DNA of 64,000 bases from a bacterium (GCA_963607545.1 CAVDCP010000012.1:432-64431), one strand, 5' to 3'. Positions 29,675-41,047 are shown, counted from the first letter of the stretch. The notes: a model not told the origin generated them from the letters alone. Numbers and translations: made by a program.

Positions 29675-29842
29675 TTCGTAGGTTTATGTTTATCGCCCAA
29701 AATTACACATTTATATCAATATCAGCAAATGTTTGCCGCAAAATTATATATCGACCGACAACAGTCGGCAAAGAATGCACAATGACACCGACAAAGTGGC
29801 TTTCCGATACAATAAAGCAGAAAATGAAGCGTTATTATTATT

Positions 29843-32221
29843 ATGAAATTAAAGAAAACGGCCCTATATATATTGTTTTTATGCTGCTGCCTGAACGCCG
29901 CCGCACAGAATTTCACGCTTCAGGGAAAGGTGGTTGACGACAATTCCGAACCGCTTGAATTTGTATCGGTTGCCTGCATGCAGCAGGGCAAGATGACCAT
30001 GACATCGCTGAAGGGCGAGTTCAGCATGCAGCTGCACTCAGCCGACTCGGTTGTTATAAGGTTTTCGATGATTGGCTACAAGACCAAGACACGCGTGCTC
30101 AGAAAGCCACGGGGCAAACAGACGCTCCAGATAACGATGTACAGCAACGACAACACGCTTGAGGGCGTAACCGTGACCGACACACGCCGCCAGACAGGAC
30201 AGACACAAGAGCTGAAGAAAGAAGACATAAAGACAATACCGTCGGTGAGCGGCAACGCCGTCGAGGAACTCATACAAAGCCAGGCGGGAGTGTCGACGCA
30301 CAGCGAACTGTCGTCGCAATACAACGTGCGCGGCGGGTCGTTCGACGAGAACAGCGTGTATATAAACAATGTGGAAATCTATCGACCGTTTCTCGTTAGG
30401 AGCGGACAGCAGGAAGGACTGTCGGTAATCAATCCCGACATGGTTGAGAAAATAGGTTTCTCCACAGGAGGCTTCGAAGCGAAATACGGCGACAAGATGT
30501 CGTCGGCACTAAGCATCGCCTACCGCAAACCGAAGAAGTTCGAGGCAAACATATCGGCCAGTCTGCTTGGGGCAAGCGCATTTGTGGGCATAAGCAACAA
30601 GAAACTGTCGTGGAGCAACGGCCTGCGCTACAAGACCACAAAGTATCTGTTGGGGTCGATGGACACGAAAGGTGAATACGAACCTACATTCATCGACTAT
30701 CAGACATATTTCACCTACACCCCCAACAAGCGGTGGAACATATCGTTCATGGGCAACATTTCGGACAACCACTACAACTTCACACCCGAAGACCGCGAAA
30801 CCAGCTTCGGAACGCTGGAGAACGTGAAAGCGTTTAAGGTGTATTTCGACGGAAAGGAAAACGACATATTCAGGACATATTTCGGTTCGCTCAACATAAC
30901 GCGCAATTTCGGTGAGAACACGTCGCTGTCGCTCATTGCCTCGGCGTTCCACACCAAGGAGCAGGAGAAATATGACATACAGGGACAATACTGGCTCACC
31001 CAGACCGAAACGAGCGAGAACCTCGGAGTGGGCACCTATTTCCAGCATGCAAGAAACTACCTCAACGCACATGTGGAGAGCGTGAAACTGCTCTACCAAA
31101 GCAAGGTGAAGAAACACGAAATAGAAGGCGCGTTCACTTTCAAGAAAGAACACATAACCGAGAATTCGGTGGAATATGAGATGCGCGACTCAAGCGGATA
31201 CAGCATTCCGCACAGTGCCGACGAACTGAACCTAATATACAGCATGAGGGCGAAAAACGTGCTCGACGCCAACCGCATTGAAGCCTACATGCAAGACTGC
31301 TACCGCTTCACGAGCAAAGGCGAGCACACTCTGTTTACGCTCAACTACGGCATAAGGTTCAGCCATTGGAGCTACACCAAGGAAACAATCGTGAGCCCGC
31401 GACTGTCGCTGGGCATAATCCCGGCATTCAGCCATAACGTCACCATGCGTTTCGCCACGGGACTGTATTACCAGGCTCCGTTCTTCAAGGAGATAAGAGA
31501 CACCACCACGGTGAACGGCATTACCTATGCCAGCCTCAACAAAAAAGCGAAAAGCCAACGGTCCATACATTTCATTGCAGGGTTTGACTACCGGTTCACG
31601 ATGAACAAACGGCCTTTCAAATTCTCGGCAGAAGCCTACTACAAGGCATTGAGCAACCTTGTGCCCTACAGTGTGAACAACGTCAAGGTGGTTTACTACG
31701 GCGACAACATGAGCACGGGACACGCGGCAGGACTCGACCTCAAACTGTATGGAGAATTTGTGCCGGGCACCGACTCGTGGATAAGCTTCTCGCTCATGAG
31801 CACAAGCATGAAACTCAACGGAAAGTCGATACCACTGCCCACCGACCAACGGTATTCGGTGAATTTCTTCTTCACCGACTATTTCCCCGGAACAAAGCGT
31901 TGGAAAATGTCGCTGAAACTCGCATTCGCCGACGGACTGCCGTTTTCGGCACCGCACAAGGAACTTGAGTCGAACGCATTCCGCGCCTCGGCCTACAAGC
32001 GCGCCGACATTGGTCTGAACTATCTTGCGGTGAGCAATGCCGAAAAGAAAAAGGCACATGCACTGAAAAACATGTGGATTGGGCTTGAATGCCTCAACCT
32101 GTTTGGAATAAACAACGTAAACTCATACTACTGGATTACCGACGTCACCAATCATCAGTATGCCGTGCCAAACTATCTTACGGGCAGACAGATAAACGCA
32201 AGATTCACGTTTGAATTCTAA
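29843..32221 (+). CDS. TonB-dependent receptor-like outer-membrane protein
   Basis: Signal peptide, carboxypeptidase-regulatory-like N-domain, plug YNVRGGSFDEN / TGGFEAKYGDKMSS, terminal Phe. Confidence 0.88.
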   Translation: MKLKKTALYILFLCCCLNAAAQNFTLQGKVVDDNSEPLEFVSVACMQQGKMTMTSLKGEFSMQLHSADSVVIRFSMIGYKTKTRVLRKPRGKQTLQITMYSNDNTLEGVTVTDTRRQTGQTQELKKEDIKTIPSVSGNAVEELIQSQAGVSTHSELSSQYNVRGGSFDENSVYINNVEIYRPFLVRSGQQEGLSVINPDMVEKIGFSTGGFEAKYGDKMSSALSIAYRKPKKFEANISASLLGASAFVGISNKKLSWSNGLRYKTTKYLLGSMDTKGEYEPTFIDYQTYFTYTPNKRWNISFMGNISDNHYNFTPEDRETSFGTLENVKAFKVYFDGKENDIFRTYFGSLNITRNFGENTSLSLIASAFHTKEQEKYDIQGQYWLTQTETSENLGVGTYFQHARNYLNAHVESVKLLYQSKVKKHEIEGAFTFKKEHITENSVEYEMRDSSGYSIPHSADELNLIYSMRAKNVLDANRIEAYMQDCYRFTSKGEHTLFTLNYGIRFSHWSYTKETIVSPRLSLGIIPAFSHNVTMRFATGLYYQAPFFKEIRDTTTVNGITYASLNKKAKSQRSIHFIAGFDYRFTMNKRPFKFSAEAYYKALSNLVPYSVNNVKVVYYGDNMSTGHAAGLDLKLYGEFVPGTDSWISFSLMSTSMKLNGKSIPLPTDQRYSVNFFFTDYFPGTKRWKMSLKLAFADGLPFSAPHKELESNAFRASAYKRADIGLNYLAVSNAEKKKAHALKNMWIGLECLNLFGINNVNSYYWITDVTNHQYAVPNYLTGRQINARFTFEF

Positions 32222-32226
32222 CCCCT

Positions 32227-33474
32227 ATGCCTATGAATACCAGATGCGCCGCCGCAGCCGTGCTTGCCGCCGCCATGCCGCTGTCGGCAATGGCACAAAG
32301 AAACGAAGTGAAAGCCCCGCGCATAGCGTCGGTGCAGGTGGTGGCCGGCGACGACTGGCTCTCACCGCCCATAGCCAACCTCAACGGGGACGATGCGATA
32401 AACATATCGTTTGACGACCTCACCCACGTCTACCACCGCTATGCCTACCGGCTGGAACATTGCGAGGCCGACTGGAGTCTGTCCGACGAACTGTTTGCAA
32501 GCGACTTCTGCGAGGGTTTCGCCGATGGCGACATCATAGACGACGTGACAGAATCGATAAACACCAACACGCTTTATACTCATTACCGCCTGCAGATACC
32601 CAACGCCAACTGCCGCCCCACGATGAGCGGCAACTACAAACTGCACATATACGACGAGAACGAGGGCGACACCGTGCTCACGGTGTGCTTCATGCTGTGC
32701 GAACCGCTCGTGACGGTGAGCATGGAAGCCACGACCAACACCGACATAGACACAAACAAGTCGCACCAGCAGATATCGCTTGGGGTGAACTACGGCAACA
32801 TGCGCATCACAAACTTTGAAAAAGAGATAAGCACCACCGTAATGCAAAACGGCCGACGCGACAATGCCGTGACCAACACAAGGCCGCAATACATCACACC
32901 CGACGGCGCACGCTGGGAGCACAACCGCGACCTGATATTCGACGGCGGCAACGAATACCGCAAGTTTGAGGCTCTCGACGTGACACACACCACCATGGGA
33001 CTGGAGCGTGTGGAATGGGACGGGGCGAATTTCCATGCATACGTCTGGACCGACGAGCCGCGCCCCAACTACACCTACGACGAGGATGCAAACGGAGCTT
33101 TCTACATACGCAACAGCGACAACATTGAAAACGACTATACCTCAGAATATGTCTATGTGCATTTCCGCCTTAAAACACCAAGACAAAACGGCGAAATATA
33201 CATAAACGGAGCATGGACCAACAACAGATTCCTGCCTAAATACCGCATGGAATACAACATCCTGGACAACATGTATGAGGCGACACTGCTGCTCAAACAG
33301 GGTTACTACTCCTACCAATACCTCGTGGACGACGGCAACGGCACTGGACGGCCACTGCAAAGCGAGGGCAATTTTTTCCAGACCGAGAACAGATATCAGG
33401 CATTGGTTTACTACAAAGGCACGGGACAACGTGCCACACGCCTTGTGGGCTACAAACAACTCTGCATAAAATAA
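32227..33474 (+). CDS. DUF5103 family protein (T9SS plug-like)
   Basis: ISFDDL, HCEADW, YTHY, SGNY, GGNEYRKF, LLKQGYYSYQY, EGNFFQTENRY motifs. Confidence 0.75.
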   Translation: MPMNTRCAAAAVLAAAMPLSAMAQRNEVKAPRIASVQVVAGDDWLSPPIANLNGDDAINISFDDLTHVYHRYAYRLEHCEADWSLSDELFASDFCEGFADGDIIDDVTESINTNTLYTHYRLQIPNANCRPTMSGNYKLHIYDENEGDTVLTVCFMLCEPLVTVSMEATTNTDIDTNKSHQQISLGVNYGNMRITNFEKEISTTVMQNGRRDNAVTNTRPQYITPDGARWEHNRDLIFDGGNEYRKFEALDVTHTTMGLERVEWDGANFHAYVWTDEPRPNYTYDEDANGAFYIRNSDNIENDYTSEYVYVHFRLKTPRQNGEIYINGAWTNNRFLPKYRMEYNILDNMYEATLLLKQGYYSYQYLVDDGNGTGRPLQSEGNFFQTENRYQALVYYKGTGQRATRLVGYKQLCIK

Positions 33475-33566
33475 GCAGCCGCCACAAGACGCCAAAAAGC
33501 ACATTGCAGCAAAAAACACGCGCCCGTCGACATTCCGTGGCGGCATGCCGACGGCACGAAACGGTG

Positions 33567-35741
33567 TTATGCTGAAGCCACGATGTCGAGCATTATATGG
33601 CATTCAGAACTTGATATGCCGTTGCGGTCAAGCAGGATGCGGTCGGAAGTGAAATCGCCCGGCAGCACATCGGTGCCGTCGCCGTCGGCACGCAGTTCGA
33701 CATACTGTCTGAACAATGCCACGGCAGCATCCATCTCGCGCACAAACCATTTTGAATAGGCGGCATTCAGCACGTCGGCAGGCAGTTTGCCGCACGACTC
33801 CAGCAGTTTGTCGTATATCCGTCCGGCCTCAGCCGGTTTTCCCTCCATAAGATGTCCCCAGGCCAAAGTGCGCCTCACATCATCGTCGTCAGGACATTCG
33901 TAATTCAGTCTGAAAAGTGTTTTCATGGCCGTCTGCACATTGCCGTTGTATATCTGCGATATGCCGAGATACAAAGCCATGCGCTTGTTGTCGGGATATT
34001 CGGCTACAAGAATGCCATAGTAACGTTCGGCGGCGGCATAGTCGCCAAGGAGATAGGCTGTCTGTGCAAGCCCTCTCGTGGCCTGAATGTTGCCGGGACT
34101 TGCCTCGCTTGCCTTGCCGTAGAGATTGTAGGCACTCTCGGTGTCGCCAAGGTGCAGCTTGGCCGAGGCCAGCACAAGTGTGCGTTTCACGTCGGTGCAG
34201 ACGGAGTTGTCGCCACACAGGCGGTCGATGAGCGCGTATTTCCCGCGCTTTGCAAGGAAAACCATGAGTTCGGTGCGCTCTTCGCAATCAGCCATGCGGC
34301 CCAAAAGCGGGTTGGCAAAGAAAAAGGCCGGCGTGCCGTCAACCGATTCGTCAAACGGGTTGGCGAAACTGTTACGGTATTGGTTAAGACGGAAGAAACG
34401 GTAGAGGTCTTGCAGATAAGAACGCCTCACATAGGCAGGCGAAGACAGTTTTTCGGCAGTAATCCCCGTTTCAACGGCAGCCCCGTTGCTCACGAGTTCC
34501 TTTATGTTGTCGGGAAGCCGGTCGATAACCGAACTCATTGCAAGCGAGAACGAATATTTGTCGGAATCGCAGAACGGACTTGACGACAATATGGCATTGA
34601 GAAACTTGCCTTCACCAAGTTTCCGGGTTACGCCGTCGAGTGCAGGATTCTCCATATAGAACGGACAGAACCAGTTGGACAGACGGTTGAAAAAGGGAAA
34701 ACGCTTCATCTGGCTGAAGCCATCGTAGTAGACATCGATGCCCGATTTCTGCATGTCTGTCACTTTCTTTATGCTTGCCTCCATTTCCTCCAACTCACGG
34801 TCGGTGGCCCCGGAGTCGAGAATGTCGCGCATTGTGTCGTCGCCGACATCGACAATGCCGTTACGCCCAAGGCGCAGATTGGAGTTCTTCAACAGTCCGG
34901 GCATTATGTCTTTCTTGATGACGGCATTGTCGGCCTCGGTGTCAAGACAATACATCACCTGCATCTGCAGTTCGAGCAGTTCGTGCCTCACGCCGTTGTC
35001 GGAGCACAGCCATTCTGCCGCCCGGCCTATTTCGGGAAACAGTTCCATGTTGTCGTGCGGCATTCCGAGCGCCAATCCCACAAGAGCCCTCTGCTTCACC
35101 ACCTCGCTTTGCGCGGTTTTGTACAGTTCAACGAGGGCAAGCCATTTTGCCGGGTCGAACACATTCATCACCGCAAGTGTTATAGAAGAGACAAGAAGTG
35201 CCGCATCGTTTTGGTCGATTGTGGGCGATGCAAGCAGCGAAACGAGTGCCGAGGCATAGCCCTGTTCCCACGGGTCGGACGTAAGGAAGGCATCGAACAT
35301 GCCCTCCATATAGCTCTGGTGTGCATAGTATAGCTTTTTGGCGGCATCGGCATCCGATGTTCCAAGACCGAGTGACGACATCGCCTGTTCCTGAACAAAG
35401 CCTTCAAGCGAACGCCTTATGCTGTCGGTTACAGTATCGGTGTTTCTTGCATTTGCCTTTGCCGAAGAAAAAGGATACCGTTTTTTTGTCACCGAGGCGA
35501 CTTTTATGCGGCAATAGCAGCGGTAGGCCCGGCGCAGCATCTTGCTGTAGACGGCATCAGACTGCGGGTCTTTCAAACCGCGCATCATAAAGTCGCACAT
35601 GAGACGGTAGTCGTTGTCGATGCCGTCAATCTCGCTTTCCACCTCAGCAAGCGCATTGTCGGCAGCATATTTCTTCATGCGCGACAATGCTTCGCCAAGA
35701 TTATGGCCACCGAGAATAAGGTCTTTTATGTTGGTTTTCAT
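33567..35741 (-). CDS. Tetratricopeptide repeat protein
   Basis: C-terminal TPR-like helices; conserved-looking FSQMKRFPFF and FCDSDKYSF blocks. Confidence 0.82.
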   Translation of the reverse strand: MKTNIKDLILGGHNLGEALSRMKKYAADNALAEVESEIDGIDNDYRLMCDFMMRGLKDPQSDAVYSKMLRRAYRCYCRIKVASVTKKRYPFSSAKANARNTDTVTDSIRRSLEGFVQEQAMSSLGLGTSDADAAKKLYYAHQSYMEGMFDAFLTSDPWEQGYASALVSLLASPTIDQNDAALLVSSITLAVMNVFDPAKWLALVELYKTAQSEVVKQRALVGLALGMPHDNMELFPEIGRAAEWLCSDNGVRHELLELQMQVMYCLDTEADNAVIKKDIMPGLLKNSNLRLGRNGIVDVGDDTMRDILDSGATDRELEEMEASIKKVTDMQKSGIDVYYDGFSQMKRFPFFNRLSNWFCPFYMENPALDGVTRKLGEGKFLNAILSSSPFCDSDKYSFSLAMSSVIDRLPDNIKELVSNGAAVETGITAEKLSSPAYVRRSYLQDLYRFFRLNQYRNSFANPFDESVDGTPAFFFANPLLGRMADCEERTELMVFLAKRGKYALIDRLCGDNSVCTDVKRTLVLASAKLHLGDTESAYNLYGKASEASPGNIQATRGLAQTAYLLGDYAAAERYYGILVAEYPDNKRMALYLGISQIYNGNVQTAMKTLFRLNYECPDDDDVRRTLAWGHLMEGKPAEAGRIYDKLLESCGKLPADVLNAAYSKWFVREMDAAVALFRQYVELRADGDGTDVLPGDFTSDRILLDRNGISSSECHIMLDIVASA

Positions 35742-35781
35742 AGAGAAATCGTTTTCGGGAAATTTCCTCGGCACGGCATTG

Positions 35782-36690
35782 TCATTCCTGCCAGTCGGCC
35801 ACTGCGTCGATGTCGCTCTGCCTCGGGGCCTTTATGTGCGAGAATTTCATGCGCGGGAGCTTGTCAAGCGCGCCGTTGTCGAGTTTGTAATATTTGCGCG
35901 CCACCTGACTGTAACGTGCAATACCGTTTTTGTTGATCGAGTCGCATGCCTGGTTGTAGGCCGCAACCACCTTGCGCAACTGCTCCCTGCGTGTGGCATC
36001 GCTCCGTGTCTCGCCGCGCATGGCAATCACGCCGAGGCTGAACTTGGCGTCGCGGCTGTCGGCCACAACGTTGTTCCGGGCCTGACGGGCCAGTGTGGCC
36101 TGCGGTTCGGTGAGCCACATGGCATCCATTTCGTTGTTTAAAAGCATGGAAAGACGTATGTTCACGTCGTTCACCTGTATTTTGAACACCATCGACGAGG
36201 TTTTCACTCCTTTCAAGAAATGGTCGGTAAGGAAATCGGTGGCAGAATAACGCGTCATGGCAACCATCTTGTCGCCGAGCTGGTCGAGTTTCTTTATGCG
36301 CGCCTTGCGGTTAGATATGAGTTGCCAATAAGCACCCGTCGATGACAGGCAATAAAGCGGACAACCCTGTTTTTTCATGTGCCCCACCCTCACGAGGTCG
36401 GTCACGGCACCTTGCACACTGCCTCCCAAAAGCGCAGTGTCGCAATCCATCTGCGCAGTGTAAGTGCGCAGTCTGAAATCAACATGCATGGAATCGGCCC
36501 ACCCCATTTCCTTTGCCAAATAGAAAGGGAAACAGTCGAGCGTGGGCATGACGGCCATTTTAAATGCCATTGAGTCGGCACGCCACAACGCGTATTTCTC
36601 AGCCCGCGACAAACGCTTGCTCTCCTCGTAAGAACGTCCGCATGAACAAATGAAAATTGCTAAAAAGACATATATAACAATTCTTTTCAT
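35782..36690 (-). CDS. ABC transporter substrate-binding lipoprotein (NitT/TauT-like)
   Basis: Lipobox IFICSC; AVMPTLDCFPFYLA, LLNNEMDAMWLTEPQAT. Confidence 0.78.
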   Translation of the reverse strand: MKRIVIYVFLAIFICSCGRSYEESKRLSRAEKYALWRADSMAFKMAVMPTLDCFPFYLAKEMGWADSMHVDFRLRTYTAQMDCDTALLGGSVQGAVTDLVRVGHMKKQGCPLYCLSSTGAYWQLISNRKARIKKLDQLGDKMVAMTRYSATDFLTDHFLKGVKTSSMVFKIQVNDVNIRLSMLLNNEMDAMWLTEPQATLARQARNNVVADSRDAKFSLGVIAMRGETRSDATRREQLRKVVAAYNQACDSINKNGIARYSQVARKYYKLDNGALDKLPRMKFSHIKAPRQSDIDAVADWQE

Positions 36691-36757
36691 TTGGCAAAAG
36701 TAGCAATAAATTTTGTAACGACGAAAATTCTTAGTAGTTTTGTAGGAAAATGCGAAT

Positions 36758-38140
36758 ATGGCAAAAGACAAGACTGCCTATGTGTGCAGCGACTGTGGAT
36801 TTGAGTCGCCCAAATGGATAGGCAAATGTCCAAGTTGCGGACAATGGAACACCTTCAAGGAGATACGCGTGGCCGGAAACCGCCCTTCGGCGCAAACGGC
36901 TGGCATTTCAGCAAAACAGGCGGCAAAGCCCACGAAGCTGAAAAACATTCCGGCTGTGGACGACCCGCGCATTGACATGCACGACAACGAGCTAAACAGA
37001 GTGCTCGGCGGAGGCTTGGTGGCCGGAAGTCTTGTGCTGCTCGGCGGCGAACCGGGCATAGGAAAGAGCACGCTCACGCTACAGACCATACTCAACATAA
37101 GCGACAGAAGCATCCTGTATGTAAGTGGTGAGGAAAGCGCGCACCAACTGAAGATGCGTGCCGAACGGCTGCTTGCCGGAAAGCAGGTGGGCGACATCGA
37201 CAACATCAACATTATGTGCGAAACGTCGCTCAACAAAATTTTCGAGGCAGTAGATGCCACAAATCCGCAGATTCTCATAATCGACTCGATACAGACCATT
37301 GCCACAGAGGAAGTGGAAAGCAGTCCGGGAAGCATAAGCCAAGTAAGGGAATGCGCAGCTTCACTGCTTCATTTCGCCAAGACGAGCGGTACTCCCGTCA
37401 TCCTCATAGGGCACATAAACAAGGAGGGAACGCTTGCCGGGCCTAAAATACTGGAACATATCGTGGACACGGTGATACAGTTTGAGGGCGACCAGCATTA
37501 CATGTACCGCATACTCCGTTCGATAAAGAACCGCTTCGGAAGCACGTCGGAACTCGGGATATACGAGATGCAGCAAGACGGGCTGCGGCAGGTGAGCAAC
37601 CCTTCGGAGCTGCTTCTGTCGCAAGACCATGACGGTCTGTCGGGCATAGCCATAAGTTCGGCCATCGAAGGGGTCAGACCGTTCCTCGTTGAAACGCAGG
37701 CCCTCGTCTCGTCGGCGGCCTACGGCGTGCCGCAACGCTCCACCACGGGTTTCGACCAACGCCGCCTCAACATGCTTCTTGCCGTCCTTGAAAAGCGCGT
37801 GGGGTTCAAACTCATGCAGAAAGACGTGTTCGTGAACATTGCCGGAGGCTTGAAAGTAACCGATTTGGCCATGGACTTGAGCGTTATCGCGGCTGTGTTT
37901 TCAAGCAATGTAGACATCGCAATAGAGTCAGGATGGTGTATGGCGGGCGAAGTGGGGCTCAGTGGCGAGGTGCGCCCGGTAAACCGCATAGAGCAACGGC
38001 TTGCCGAAGCGGCAAAACTCGGCTTTACCGACATCATAATGCCCAAATACAACATTCAGGGAATAGACCAAGACAAATATGGAATAAACCTTCACCCGGT
38101 GAAGAAAGTAGAGGAGGCTTTACGCATCCTGTTCGGATAA
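36758..38140 (+). CDS. radA: DNA repair protein RadA/Sms
   Basis: C4 zinc finger, GGEPGIGKST, KNRFG, Lon-like C-terminus. Confidence 0.97.
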   Translation: MAKDKTAYVCSDCGFESPKWIGKCPSCGQWNTFKEIRVAGNRPSAQTAGISAKQAAKPTKLKNIPAVDDPRIDMHDNELNRVLGGGLVAGSLVLLGGEPGIGKSTLTLQTILNISDRSILYVSGEESAHQLKMRAERLLAGKQVGDIDNINIMCETSLNKIFEAVDATNPQILIIDSIQTIATEEVESSPGSISQVRECAASLLHFAKTSGTPVILIGHINKEGTLAGPKILEHIVDTVIQFEGDQHYMYRILRSIKNRFGSTSELGIYEMQQDGLRQVSNPSELLLSQDHDGLSGIAISSAIEGVRPFLVETQALVSSAAYGVPQRSTTGFDQRRLNMLLAVLEKRVGFKLMQKDVFVNIAGGLKVTDLAMDLSVIAAVFSSNVDIAIESGWCMAGEVGLSGEVRPVNRIEQRLAEAAKLGFTDIIMPKYNIQGIDQDKYGINLHPVKKVEEALRILFG

Positions 38141-38150
38141 AACAAAGAAA

Positions 38151-38858
38151 ATGAAAGATTCAGTTATTATTGTAAGCGGCGGCATGGACAGCACAACGCT
38201 GCTGCACGATTGGAAAGACCGCATCGCACTCGGCATTTCATTCGACTATGGCAGCAACCACAACGCTCGCGAGATTCCGCTTGCAGCCATGCACTGCAAG
38301 GCACTTGGCATCAAGCACATTGTAATCAACCTTGATTTCATGCACCAGTATTTCAAGAGCAGTCTGCTCGAAGGTGCCGACGCAATCCCGGAAGGCAACT
38401 ACACCGACAGCAACATGACCTCGACTGTTGTACCGTTCCGCAACGGCATCATGCTGTCGATAGCCATCGGCATAGCCGAAAGCAACGGTTTGCAGAACGT
38501 GCTCATTGCCAACCACGGCGGCGACCATGCCATTTATCCCGACTGCCGCCCCGAATTCATAACGGCAATCGACGCTGCCGCATCGGCGGGAACCTATGTC
38601 AAGACAAGGGTCCTGGCTCCATACACCAACATAACCAAGGCCGACATAGCCCGCATCGGCAAGAAACTGGGCATAGACTACACACAGACGTGGAGTTGCT
38701 ACAAAGGCGGCGAAATCCACTGCGGCAAATGCGGCACCTGCGTAGAGCGCAAAGAAGCCCTCGCCGAAGCCGGAATCGAAGATTTGACTCCTTATGAAAG
38801 CGAAGACAACACGCCTCATGCACATTCCGACGAGCACTGTACATGCGCGGTTAAATAG
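38151..38858 (+). CDS. queC: 7-cyano-7-deazaguanine synthase
   Basis: SGGMDS, VPFRN, YPDCRPEF, TWSCY...CGKCGTC. Confidence 0.96.
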   Translation: MKDSVIIVSGGMDSTTLLHDWKDRIALGISFDYGSNHNAREIPLAAMHCKALGIKHIVINLDFMHQYFKSSLLEGADAIPEGNYTDSNMTSTVVPFRNGIMLSIAIGIAESNGLQNVLIANHGGDHAIYPDCRPEFITAIDAAASAGTYVKTRVLAPYTNITKADIARIGKKLGIDYTQTWSCYKGGEIHCGKCGTCVERKEALAEAGIEDLTPYESEDNTPHAHSDEHCTCAVK

Positions 38859-38953
38859 GTATAAAATTGTCATGTCACTGCATGAGAATGTCATTTTTTA
38901 TTAGTAATTTTGCGTGCAGAATAAGTTTCTAACAAATAAACACATAAAGACAA

Positions 38954-40201
38954 ATGAAAATCGAAGATTTCAATTTTGCCGGCAAAAAGGCAATTGTTCG
39001 AGTTGACTTCAACGTTCCATTGGACGAGAATGGAAATGTTACTGACGATACCCGCATACGCGGTGCTCTCCCCACACTGAAGAAAGTGCTCGCAGACGGC
39101 GGTGCTCTCATCATGATGAGCCACATGGGCAAGCCCAAAGGCAAGGTGAACATGAAGCTTTCATTGGGACAGATTGTCCCCAACGTGTCGGCAGCACTCG
39201 GCGTTGAGGTCAAGTTTGCAAAAGACTGCGGCAATGCCACCGAAGAAGCCGAGGCTCTGAAGGCCGGCGAGGCTCTCCTGCTCGAGAACCTGCGTTTCTA
39301 TCCCGAAGAGGAAGGCAAGCCCGTGGGTGTGGAGAAAGGCACTCCGGAATATGACGAGGCAAAGAAGGAAATGAAGTCACGTCAGAAGGATTTCGCAAAG
39401 AAACTCGCCTCTTATGCCGACTGCTACGTTATGGACGCATTCGGAACAGCACACCGCAAACACGCATCTACTGCTGTTATCGACGAGTATTTCGACAAAG
39501 ACCACAAGATGCTCGGCTATCTTATGGAGAAAGAGGTGAACGCTGTAGATGCCGTACTCGGCAACATCAAACGTCCGTTCACCGCTATCATGGGCGGATC
39601 AAAGGTTTCCACGAAGATTGGCATCATCGAAAACCTTCTCACCAAGGTTGACAACCTCATCCTTTGCGGCGGTATGACATACACATTCGCCAAGGCTCTC
39701 GGCGGCGAAATAGGCAAGTCAATCTGCGAGGACGACAAGCTCGACGTGGCACTCGACGTTATCAAGAAAGCCAAGGAGAACAACGTAAACCTCGTTCTCG
39801 GCACCGACTCTGTATGTGCAGACGACTTCAAGAACGATGCCAACACTCAGATTTGCCCCTCTAACGCCATTCCCGAAGGCTGGGAAGGCATGGATGCCGG
39901 TCCTGAGACACGCAAAGCATTCGCCGAAGCAATCAAGGGCGCAAAGACAATCCTTTGGAACGGCCCTGCAGGCGTATTCGAGTTCGACAACTTCGCAGGT
40001 GGCTCAAAGGCTATCGCAGAGGCTATTGCCGAAGCAACAAAGGACGGCGCATTCTCGCTTATAGGCGGTGGCGACTCTGTTGCATGCATCAACAAGTTCG
40101 GACTTGCCGACCAGGTGTCCTACATCTCAACCGGCGGCGGTGCCCTTTTGGAGGCAATCGAAGGCAAAGTGCTGCCCGGCGTTGCTGCAATTGAGGCTTA
40201 A
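38954..40201 (+). CDS. pgk: Phosphoglycerate kinase
   Basis: [33 protein letters not shown]. Confidence 0.98.
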   Translation: MKIEDFNFAGKKAIVRVDFNVPLDENGNVTDDTRIRGALPTLKKVLADGGALIMMSHMGKPKGKVNMKLSLGQIVPNVSAALGVEVKFAKDCGNATEEAEALKAGEALLLENLRFYPEEEGKPVGVEKGTPEYDEAKKEMKSRQKDFAKKLASYADCYVMDAFGTAHRKHASTAVIDEYFDKDHKMLGYLMEKEVNAVDAVLGNIKRPFTAIMGGSKVSTKIGIIENLLTKVDNLILCGGMTYTFAKALGGEIGKSICEDDKLDVALDVIKKAKENNVNLVLGTDSVCADDFKNDANTQICPSNAIPEGWEGMDAGPETRKAFAEAIKGAKTILWNGPAGVFEFDNFAGGSKAIAEAIAEATKDGAFSLIGGGDSVACINKFGLADQVSYISTGGGALLEAIEGKVLPGVAAIEA

Positions 40202-40232
40202 CAGACTGACATTTTAGAAACGACGATAAAAG

Positions 40233-40268
40233 AATCCGGGTGTATGTAAAATACATTCCGGATTTTTT
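40233..40268 (+). terminator. Terminator after pgk
   Basis: AATCCGGGTGTAT...ATACATTCCGGATT plus T-run. Confidence 0.7.
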
Positions 40269-40294
40269 ATTACATCAAACACACATCCATTACT

Positions 40295-41047
40295 ATGAAA
40301 TTCGCAGGAATTATCCCCGCAAGATACGCATCGACGCGTTTCCCCGGAAAGCCCCTGGCACTGCTGGGAGGCGAACATGTGATAAAGCGCGTGTATGACA
40401 TTGTTGCCAAATGCCTTGACGAAGCCTATGTGGCAACCGACGACAAGAGAATATACGACGCTGTATTGTCGTTTGGGGGCAAGGCCGTGATGACACGTTC
40501 CGACCACAAGAGCGGAACAGACAGGATTGAAGAAGCTGCCGAGAAGCTCAACATCGACTGCGACGTGATTGTCAACATCCAAGGCGACGAACCGTTCATC
40601 CACCCGACACAAATTGCCGCCGTATGCCGATGCTTCGATGACGAGAACACGCAGATAGCCACAATAGGCAAGCCCTTTACCGACATCGAAAGCGTGAACA
40701 ACCCCAACTCACCCAAAATAGTGGTAGACAACAACAGCTACGCAATGTATTTCTCGCGTTCCGTAATACCGTTCGTGCGCGGAACTGAACCCGGGAAATG
40801 GCTTGACGAATATCCTTTCCTGAAACATCTGGGCATATATGCCTACCGCCGCGAGGTGCTGCACGCAATCACGCAACTGCCGCAGTCGTCGCTCGAAAAG
40901 GCAGAAAGCCTTGAACAACTGCGCTGGCTACAGAACGGCTACAAAGTGAAAGTAGGAATCACCGACATTGAAACCATTGGCATAGACACGCCCGACGATC
41001 TCGTTAGAGCCGAGAAAGCTTTAGCACAACGCGCGAATCGGATGTAA
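40295..41047 (+). CDS. kdsB: 3-deoxy-manno-octulosonate cytidylyltransferase
   Basis: IIPARYASTRFPGKPL, SGTDR, NIQGDEP, LEQLR. Confidence 0.97.
   Translation: MKFAGIIPARYASTRFPGKPLALLGGEHVIKRVYDIVAKCLDEAYVATDDKRIYDAVLSFGGKAVMTRSDHKSGTDRIEEAAEKLNIDCDVIVNIQGDEPFIHPTQIAAVCRCFDDENTQIATIGKPFTDIESVNNPNSPKIVVDNNSYAMYFSRSVIPFVRGTEPGKWLDEYPFLKHLGIYAYRREVLHAITQLPQSSLEKAESLEQLRWLQNGYKVKVGITDIETIGIDTPDDLVRAEKALAQRANRM

Noticed and set aside
38151..38858. Defence-associated QueC-like gene or preQ1 riboswitch
   Set aside because: Canonical QueC size and motifs in a housekeeping context; only 10 nt separate it from radA
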